A stretch of DNA of 64,000 bases, taken from an uncultured euryarchaeote. Lineage in GTDB: Archaea > Thermoplasmatota > Poseidoniia > Poseidoniales > Poseidoniaceae. The position numbers and the translations under genes are program-made. Shown here piece after piece: positions 56,798 through 64,000 of this stretch (its first letter is position 1; each line of letters starts with the position of its first letter). Under the pieces are notes generated by a model that saw only the letters and a list, made by a program, of their open reading frames with translations, was not told where the DNA came from and made no database searches. The stretch is taken from NCBI GenBank assembly GCA_963981035.1, contig CAXCCF010000002.1:15578-79577 (forward strand), in the 5' to 3' direction.

Positions 56798-58155
56798 TCC
56801 TTAGTTAATACATCAGGGCCATTGGATGTAACAAGAATATCATCCTCAATACGAATACCAATATTTGCATATCTTTCTGGGCAATCCACATCTGGCCTCC
56901 ATGCACCAAAGTAAAGACCCGGCTCAACAGTTAAGCACATTCCCTCTTCAAGCAAACGAGGTTCTCCATTTGGTTTGTAAATACCAACATCATGCACATC
57001 TAAACCTATCCAATGGCCTGTATTATGCATGTACCATCTTCTAAGTTGACCTCCCTCAATGTCAAGAGCTTCATCTAATTCTTGTGTAATTACACCTAAT
57101 TCAATAAGACCTTCTGCAAGAACTCTCCTTGCAGCCTCATGTGGTGCATTGTAGGGTCTGCCGACTCTACACTCATCGATAGCAGCCAATTGAGCATCTA
57201 ATACAAGTTGGTATATTTCCTTCTGTGCTTCAGTAAACTTTCCGTTGATTGGCCAAGAACGAGTGATATCTGCTGCATAACCATTGTATTCTGCACCAGC
57301 ATCAATCAAGATAATCTCTCCATCTTCGCAAGTGTCATCATTGACTGTATAGTGCAATATCGTGGCGTTATCTCCACATCCAACGATTGAGGGGTAAGCC
57401 CAACCACTCGTTCCAGCATAAGAAAAGAATCCCTCTATCACTGATTGTAATTGATATTCCTTTCTTCCTACTGCAGAATGACGCATTGATATTTCATGAG
57501 CGACTGAACTAATTTGTGAAACATGACGCATTTGAGCAATTTCTGCTGCTGACTTTCTCAATCTCAATTCTGCAATTTTCGCTGAAGGGTCTTCAATTGA
57601 GATTGGCCCATTGCCAAATTGTTGCCGGGCTCTATCTCTTTTTTCAATGCCATCTTTGACCATAGAATCAATGTTAGAATTAACTCCACTTCTAACCAGT
57701 ACGCGATTTGCATCACCAATCATTTCTGTAATGATCGTGGACATTTCTTCAACCGAATGTGCTGCATCAATTGCCCACCCATTTAGAGCACCATCAACAC
57801 CTTCTCTTCTTCCTTCCCATATCTCCTTGAGAGTATCCTTAGGCTGTACAAATAGTGTAACAATCCATGATGTGCCATCATGATGAGCAGTCATTATTGA
57901 TTCTGGGTCTTTCCAACCAGATAAGTAAAGCATGTCACTACTAGTTCTGAAGGGATAATGAACGTCATTTGAGCGAGTTGATTCTGGATTTGGGCAAACA
58001 ATTAGTAGGTCATCTGGACGTAATTGAGATAGTAGTCTATTTTGCCTTGAGCGATATTCAGCGATGCTAATGGCTTCAGGTTCATCGCCAATTCGCGCTA
58101 AGGCCGCCTCGAACATAGTATTGGCCAAGGGCCACCCCATTTTCAACCGTTGCAT
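56743..58155 (-). CDS. pepP: Xaa-Pro aminopeptidase (M24B)
   Basis: HNTGHWIGLDVHDVG, ILIDAGAEYNGYAADITR and the N-terminal AMP_N-like domain. Confidence 0.8.
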   Translation of the reverse strand: MQRLKMGWPLANTMFEAALARIGDEPEAISIAEYRSRQNRLLSQLRPDDLLIVCPNPESTRSNDVHYPFRTSSDMLYLSGWKDPESIMTAHHDGTSWIVTLFVQPKDTLKEIWEGRREGVDGALNGWAIDAAHSVEEMSTIITEMIGDANRVLVRSGVNSNIDSMVKDGIEKRDRARQQFGNGPISIEDPSAKIAELRLRKSAAEIAQMRHVSQISSVAHEISMRHSAVGRKEYQLQSVIEGFFSYAGTSGWAYPSIVGCGDNATILHYTVNDDTCEDGEIILIDAGAEYNGYAADITRSWPINGKFTEAQKEIYQLVLDAQLAAIDECRVGRPYNAPHEAARRVLAEGLIELGVITQELDEALDIEGGQLRRWYMHNTGHWIGLDVHDVGIYKPNGEPRLLEEGMCLTVEPGLYFGAWRPDVDCPERYANIGIRIEDDILVTSNGPDVLTKDCPKTISDLEAIIGKDFQ

Positions 58156-58235
58156 GTTAGGAGTTATCTTCTGATGATTTATCAGCCCAAATGCTAACCT
58201 TCACTAGCAGTAATTTCCAATTCTTCATCTTCTAT

Positions 58236-59720
58236 TTATTCAGATTTTTTCTTACCCTCCCATTTAGGGATGTTTTTGGAAGATTTTGATTCATTATATC
58301 TCATTGAAATTGGTTTTACAATAAATAGTGTGATTCCAATTATTACAATAAAACTAATTCCAATGAGAATAGACTTGTTACTCGTTGAATCTGATTGTTC
58401 CTCAACATATATGGTAAATTCAATTATTGATTCCACTCCATCATCGTCTGTTACAATTAACATCATATTCTTTTGACCAATGATTTGAAAATCGTTCTGA
58501 GTGAACGATTCTGTGCCACTGATTATCGGACTTCCATCAACAAACCAAACATATTGTAAAGTTTCCATGTCGGCACTTGTATCGGAACTTCCCGAGCAAT
58601 TCAATTGCCAATCTTCAGCATTTGCTGGTGTTAATGAACTACCATTGGATACTTCAAAACCATCCAATGTGAGGTGTGCCTGAGGTGGACTATTGATTAC
58701 AGTAAATGCATGACTTGTAGTCACGAAGTGACCGCCTAAATCCCGAACCAATAATTCAATAGTCCAATCACCCGAAAGAATTGGAACAATATTCAATGAA
58801 TAGTCATCAATTTTTTCTTCTGTTGTGGGGCTATGTACTTTACCATCAGGGGAATGTATAGTCCATACTATGTGCTCACCTGAGCCACTATAACCGTCGT
58901 CTATCAAAGCAGAAATGATAATTTGTTCAGATTCCATAATACTCTCTAAACCACTCAAATTTACTATTGGCTCATGAGTATCTATTACCACCGCTAAGGA
59001 TTCAGAATTTGAATATAATAGCAAGGCATCAACTACTACAAATTCAAATTGATATATCCCATCGTCAATATCCATTTCTAAATGATCTAATGTCACAAAA
59101 ACCGTTCCGTCATCATCCGATTGATTCAGTGAAATTAGATTTGGTTCTTCTAAGCAAACTGAATGAGGTGCCTCACAAATGTTAGCAATAACATTGACAC
59201 CAGTGTTATTTAGTCCTGGAACGACATAGGCTATTTCGATGGTTATTGGCTGATCAATAACTATTGTTGTGTCATAATCAATATCCAATATCATCGGCCT
59301 ATGGCCTGTTTCACCCAAATATACAATCAAGGAATTAGACATTGGATCTAATCCATTTGGAACAGAAATTGTAAGCAAACAAGTACATTCAATTCCAGCC
59401 GTAGTAATATCTAGAGTCCAATTCCATAAGCTTTCAGCGGAAGGTTCAACGCTGGTAAAATGTGATCCTGACAGTTCCAAACTCCAACTGGATAAACCAT
59501 CGCCAACATTCCATAATTCCCATGTGGCTTCGCTTGGTGGTAGTGTTGTTGTTCCATTTATTGAGAGATTCTCAGTGAAAATAACACCATCGTTTTGGAA
59601 GATATACAAATTGTAGTTCTCCTCTTCAAGGTGGTGTGCTGAAACCGAATCTACTATTGACAATGTACAAAAAATGAAAACGATAATGAGGGTTAACAAT
59701 GGCTTAATTATCCTCATCAA
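58236..59720 (-). CDS. Secreted Ig-like/PKD-like surface protein with C-terminal TM anchor
   Basis: Signal peptide MMRIIKPLLTLIIVFIFCTLSIVDSVSA. C-terminal TM ILIGISFIVIIGITLFIV followed by a K-rich tail. Confidence 0.6.
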   Translation of the reverse strand: MMRIIKPLLTLIIVFIFCTLSIVDSVSAHHLEEENYNLYIFQNDGVIFTENLSINGTTTLPPSEATWELWNVGDGLSSWSLELSGSHFTSVEPSAESLWNWTLDITTAGIECTCLLTISVPNGLDPMSNSLIVYLGETGHRPMILDIDYDTTIVIDQPITIEIAYVVPGLNNTGVNVIANICEAPHSVCLEEPNLISLNQSDDDGTVFVTLDHLEMDIDDGIYQFEFVVVDALLLYSNSESLAVVIDTHEPIVNLSGLESIMESEQIIISALIDDGYSGSGEHIVWTIHSPDGKVHSPTTEEKIDDYSLNIVPILSGDWTIELLVRDLGGHFVTTSHAFTVINSPPQAHLTLDGFEVSNGSSLTPANAEDWQLNCSGSSDTSADMETLQYVWFVDGSPIISGTESFTQNDFQIIGQKNMMLIVTDDDGVESIIEFTIYVEEQSDSTSNKSILIGISFIVIIGITLFIVKPISMRYNESKSSKNIPKWEGKKKSE

Positions 59721-59782
59721 TACAAGGTAAGATGCTCTTAGCCATCAAGTTTAGCGTAAGATGATTCTTATGCGCAGCAAAA

Positions 59783-62700
59783 TCATTCAGCGAAAGGATC
59801 GCAAAGTTCACCTTGACCAGGATATGAAATTGGATTTCTTGGATTGGTGTCCCATTTGTACTCACAGAAGTTAACGTGACCGTCTCCATCAGTATCTACC
59901 ATTCTATCTGCAGCATCTTCAGGGTCAAATTTGAAGTGATGCTCCCATCCTGTTGCCATTCCATCATCATCGTGATCTTGGTAGTAAACTTCTGGTCCAT
60001 CGTTCCATTCATCACCATCGGTATCATTAGACACAGGATTAGTCATATTTTGCATCTCTTCAAAGTTGGTATAGTTTTCCAAATTATCGTAAAATTTCTT
60101 ACCATCAGGAGTTTCAGGATCAATATGACAATCTGAATTTGTAGTATCGTTATATCCAGGGCAATACTTCTTTATCAATCCTGAACGGTTCAAACCATCA
60201 TTATCTGGGTCTTCTTCTCCATCCCATATACCGTCTAAGTCACTATCCGGCATAGATGGGTCCATTACACCCCGAGCTCCGTAAGCACTGGTTGTGGAAT
60301 TATCAGTTAATCCAAGATTGAGCGCTAATTCAGAGTAGTATACTTCCCACCCATCTGGAAGTTTATCACCATCTGTATCATCATCAACTGGGTTGGTATT
60401 CCACCTATCCGGTGCTTCAGCACCATTCGGCAGCGTATCATTGTCAACATCAAATGTGTCATCCTTCAATGAATCTAATGAAGGGTCTAAGGCCCATCTT
60501 CCAGAACATCCATCGCAATTAGAATTAGAAGGTATTGTAAATCCTGTCAAGTTCATCTCGGAAATTTCATACTTGGCTGTTTGGACGAAACCACCTAGCC
60601 AATTTTGCCAGATATAACCACCAGCGCTCATAGAGCAGTCATCATTTTGATTTGGTGTGCAACTTGGCCTTTGCCAAGAAGATGTTGCAACCCATAATGA
60701 GTGTGAATTTGTGTTCTCTTCAGTTGATTTTACTTGCATTTCCCAACCGTCGAGCATTCCATCGGAGTCTGTGTCATTGATTAGTGGATTTGTCGGATTT
60801 TGGAAAGGCCTCGGAACAAATAACACCTCATGACCATCAATCAGTCCATCTCCGTCTGTATCGGAATTATTTGCATGTGTTAGGAAATTGTCAGCACCTG
60901 CAATTACTTCTTCTCCATCTTCAAGACCGTCATTATCTGTATCAAACATACAAGGGCTTGTGAAATATGCTTCTCCATCCCATGAAAAACCGGCTAATGA
61001 TTCAGTTTGGTCACCCAGACCATCGCCATCAGTATCTGGATTAGAAGCATTTGATCCTTGATTGCAGACTGTCGCGAATTCTTCATAGTCGCTCAAACCA
61101 TCGGCATCAGTATCATACAAACCAGGATCGGATGTAACCCAAGTTCTTTGTACACCTCGATTAACTACAAGGATTTCCCAACCCATTACTTCAATTCCAT
61201 CGATTAATCCATCGCCATCTGTGTCAGGGTTTAGAGGATCGGTAGAGCGCCCATCAGGTTCTCCATCACCATCTTTATCTCTAGCATTATATTCCATAAC
61301 GTTAGTAAATTGTTCTTCTGGCTCTACAATCTCAAGCCATGTAGTTAGCCTTGATTCAATAGTTTGACCAAGAACAACATGGATTTCATACACGTATCCG
61401 TCAACTGGAGCAATTAGTGGAATTGTTTGCTTATTTCCTCCTCCAAGCGTAATTTGAGCCCTCGCAACTGTTTGGTTTGCAACTACCCATTGATCTTTTG
61501 TTACATCAATTCCAATGACTACTGCTGTTAATTCAAGAGTGTCATATCGAACTGCTCCATCACCATCTGCATCCCAACCGTCATGATCAGGGTCAAGGTC
61601 GCCATTCGAACCATCTCTCGGGTGTAGTCCATTAGTTGATTCCCATCCATCAGGCATTCCGTCAAGGTCGGTATCGATTCTCCAAGGAGAAGTGAAATTT
61701 GTTGGACCAAAAATTAAGGCTACTTGATATTCTTCAAGGTTATTCATACCATCCTCGTCCCAATCTCCATATCCATCAGAAGCGTTTGCTGGGTCTAGGG
61801 TTTCATAATCATTATTTTGAGGGTGTTCTAATTGATGTGAGTAACAATACTCAAATCCATCAGGCATTCCATCTCCATCTGTATCCCAATCAGATGGACC
61901 ATTGTTAATTCCATCATTATCCATATCTTGCAAGAACCATGATCTGTCCATTGCCATGAAAGGTGCTGCTCTATTAATAGGGTCAAGTAGTGGAATATTA
62001 CAGTCTTCACCGGTTCCGACGAATAAGGAAACTGAAGTGTTAGATACTTCTACAATATCGTCAATTAAATCATAATCAGAATCTCGTGCTGTCGGATTAG
62101 TTCCAAATTGTTCTTCCTCGAAATTGGCTAGTCCATCATCATCCGTATCGAGTACCATGTCACATGAATGAGCACCTGCAGGGTTTGCTAAGTCATCCCA
62201 ATCGGCATTATTCTCTTCACCATCAAATCTTGCTGATAGGGCATCTTCCATTGCTTGGTCTAATAGTAAGCAATCCCAGTTACCGGATAATGGGTTGAAC
62301 AATTCTACTGTCCCTCCTGGAGTTTGTACTGTAGTTGTGTACAAAGATTCCCAGCGGTCGCCAAGACCGTCGTTATCGCTGTCCGACCTTTGAGGGTCGG
62401 TTCCTAATTCTGCTTCTGCTTGATTGGTTAAGCCATCTCCATCAGGGTCTCCGTTTGGACCTTGGTTTGGGTCAGGCCATGATTCAGTTTCATTCTTTTC
62501 AGATGCATCATCAGTTTCGGCTTGACCCGGGTCGGTTTCCAAATCATCAGATTCACCATTATCAAGTGGATTAAGGCCATGTTCAACTTCCCATCCATCA
62601 CTCATGCCATCTTTATCTGTGTCTGGGTCGTCTGGGTCTGTACCATACTGAGTCTCCTCAAGTGTGTCAGCTAAACCGTCGCCATCTGAATCTGTGGCTG

Positions 62701-62884
62701 AATTAGCGGTACTCCCTTCACCGAATAAATTATCTTCGACAGCACTGTCAAAATTACCGAGAGATTCGCTGGTTTGGTAATATCCAGAAACACCTACGAA
62801 AAGTGATCCGAAAATCAGGGTTGAAACAATTGCCACATAGGCCATTTGGTTGTGAGTTAGTGACATCGGATAGTTCCTACACAT
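59783..62884 (-). CDS. Giant acidic secreted protein built almost entirely of thrombospondin type-3-like Ca-binding repeats
   Basis: N-terminal TM/signal. More than 25 D-x-D-x-DG-x-x-D-x-x-E repeats (DTDGDGLIDGIE, DTDNDGLEDGEE, DSDYDLIDD...). Very low predicted pI. Confidence 0.7.
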   Translation of the reverse strand: MCRNYPMSLTHNQMAYVAIVSTLIFGSLFVGVSGYYQTSESLGNFDSAVEDNLFGEGSTANSATDSDGDGLADTLEETQYGTDPDDPDTDKDGMSDGWEVEHGLNPLDNGESDDLETDPGQAETDDASEKNETESWPDPNQGPNGDPDGDGLTNQAEAELGTDPQRSDSDNDGLGDRWESLYTTTVQTPGGTVELFNPLSGNWDCLLLDQAMEDALSARFDGEENNADWDDLANPAGAHSCDMVLDTDDDGLANFEEEQFGTNPTARDSDYDLIDDIVEVSNTSVSLFVGTGEDCNIPLLDPINRAAPFMAMDRSWFLQDMDNDGINNGPSDWDTDGDGMPDGFEYCYSHQLEHPQNNDYETLDPANASDGYGDWDEDGMNNLEEYQVALIFGPTNFTSPWRIDTDLDGMPDGWESTNGLHPRDGSNGDLDPDHDGWDADGDGAVRYDTLELTAVVIGIDVTKDQWVVANQTVARAQITLGGGNKQTIPLIAPVDGYVYEIHVVLGQTIESRLTTWLEIVEPEEQFTNVMEYNARDKDGDGEPDGRSTDPLNPDTDGDGLIDGIEVMGWEILVVNRGVQRTWVTSDPGLYDTDADGLSDYEEFATVCNQGSNASNPDTDGDGLGDQTESLAGFSWDGEAYFTSPCMFDTDNDGLEDGEEVIAGADNFLTHANNSDTDGDGLIDGHEVLFVPRPFQNPTNPLINDTDSDGMLDGWEMQVKSTEENTNSHSLWVATSSWQRPSCTPNQNDDCSMSAGGYIWQNWLGGFVQTAKYEISEMNLTGFTIPSNSNCDGCSGRWALDPSLDSLKDDTFDVDNDTLPNGAEAPDRWNTNPVDDDTDGDKLPDGWEVYYSELALNLGLTDNSTTSAYGARGVMDPSMPDSDLDGIWDGEEDPDNDGLNRSGLIKKYCPGYNDTTNSDCHIDPETPDGKKFYDNLENYTNFEEMQNMTNPVSNDTDGDEWNDGPEVYYQDHDDDGMATGWEHHFKFDPEDAADRMVDTDGDGHVNFCEYKWDTNPRNPISYPGQGELCDPFAE

Positions 62885-63014
62885 ACGTGCAAGATTGCCG
62901 ACTTTATGTATCGGTTATAGTCCTTAACTATAGATGGGCGTAAAAACACCTCCAAAGGCACTTTTTGAGTTAATGGAGATTTTCCGAATAATGGCGAAAA
63001 AAGACTGTGTGAAA

Positions 63015-63974
63015 TTAGTTGTATTTTAATTTAGAACTGACTTGAACAATGCATTGTTTATCATCAAATGCAACGGATAATTTTGCAGAGCGCCCGCAAG
63101 CCCTCTGCCAAAGTGCCATTAATGCTCCAACTGAAAATGGCAATGTTGGTGAATGGTTAAATGAAAATTCAATAGAACCACTATCATCAATAGAATTTAC
63201 ATCATTAGGGCAAACAAAACCAAACCTTCCAAGTAAATGTTGACATTTGTCTATCCATTCTGAATCTGAAAGAATGTAAACTGGTCTTTCACTCTGTTCA
63301 ATTACATTGGCCATTGCAAGAGCAGTACAGAGAAAAGTTGACTTTTCGGCTTCATCTATTCCTTCAAAAATTACCGACTGCACTAATTCATCTGGAATAT
63401 TCAATGATCTTGAACGTGTACTAAATAGCAATCTAGTAATGATGTTTCCGGGAATGAATACCATTCGTTCACCCTCGAAATCCCATCCTCCATTTTTCCT
63501 TACGACTTGGAAATTCCCAACGGGAGAGAGTGTAAAATAATTGTCTTGGCAACTTTTGGTCCACGAAAATGTCGCCACTTGTTTGGAAGGCGAAATGTTG
63601 CGCGATTCTTCTTCAAGATTTAGATTGATTAATGTTGAATTTGGTTGATTCCATGATACTTTGAAGCGACTCTTCCTACAATATTCAAGTGCAGCTAAAG
63701 CAACTCCTACAGAAAATGGAGCCAAAGTTGGCTTCGTAATGGTGTTGTCTTTGAAATTTAATTCGCCCCATCCATATTGTAGCCATCTTTCTGAAATTAA
63801 GTCCCTTTTGCGAGATTTTTTGAAAAAACCACTAACATCATATTGTGCATTTGTCAATAAATGATATTCTTCTTCATCGGTGGCTGCATTAACTAATTTC
63901 CTCCCCATTGGTACGGCAATTATTTTCTCAAAATGAATCCACCAAGACTCAAATTCAATTGCCTTCCAAAGCAT
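63015..63974 (-). CDS. Hypothetical protein with internal tandem duplication
   Basis: 319-aa ORF. Its two halves share TLAPFSVGVALAALEYCRKS / TLPFSVGALMALWQRACGRS. The 5' end lies close to the window edge. Confidence 0.4.
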   Translation of the reverse strand: MLWKAIEFESWWIHFEKIIAVPMGRKLVNAATDEEEYHLLTNAQYDVSGFFKKSRKRDLISERWLQYGWGELNFKDNTITKPTLAPFSVGVALAALEYCRKSRFKVSWNQPNSTLINLNLEEESRNISPSKQVATFSWTKSCQDNYFTLSPVGNFQVVRKNGGWDFEGERMVFIPGNIITRLLFSTRSRSLNIPDELVQSVIFEGIDEAEKSTFLCTALAMANVIEQSERPVYILSDSEWIDKCQHLLGRFGFVCPNDVNSIDDSGSIEFSFNHSPTLPFSVGALMALWQRACGRSAKLSVAFDDKQCIVQVSSKLKYN

Positions 63975-64000
63975 TAGATGGTTACCTGATGAATCAAATA

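Noticed and set aside
1-64000. Mobile element, prophage or defence island
   Set aside because: No integrase, transposase, terminal inverted repeats, restriction/CRISPR/toxin genes or compositional island was seen. The only att-like candidate (tRNA-Val flank) lacks a tRNA 3' duplication.

Overview
This 64 kb window is AT-rich (about 40% GC), gene-dense and clearly archaeal. Evidence for that: a cluster of e-type ribosomal proteins (S19e, PDCD5-like, L39e, L31e, S17e), archaeal Kae1, a tRNA-splicing endonuclease plus archease, geranylgeranyl reductase, an SRP (7S) RNA and a preQ0/archaeosine operon. The strongly acidic proteome and the many large cell-surface proteins with C-terminal membrane anchors suggest a marine planktonic euryarchaeote (Thermoplasmatota / Marine Group II-like), but that is inference. 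No integrases, transposases, CRISPR arrays or recognisable defence genes were found. The content is housekeeping metabolism (hutH/hutI, methylmalonyl-CoA mutase and epimerase, Mdh, PntAB transhydrogenase, class-2 DHODH, a futalosine-type radical SAM enzyme, topoisomerase IA, PepP) mixed with surface and secreted proteins. Two RNA genes missed by the ORF track were found: tRNA-Val(GAC) and an SRP RNA recognised by its helix-8 motif. Main second-look items: (1) a QueC-MsrB fusion lacking the canonical QueC Zn-Cys4 site, in a folE-queE-queC-queD operon preceded by an RHH gene and phased AGTAATA repeats; (2) a secreted 1010-aa protein joining thrombospondin type-3 Ca-binding repeats to a PNGase F-like domain; (3) a TatC-like protein with a C-terminal Cys-rich extension, flanked by an RR-signal surface protein and an M6-like metalloprotease; (4) an orphan CcmE-like protein with the archaeal CxxxY variant; (5) an EF-hand/zinc-ribbon acidic membrane protein next to a paralogous zinc-ribbon protein; (6) a small two-TM peptide coupled to a PqqD/RRE-like protein. 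All protein calls rest on motif recognition from memory without database searches.
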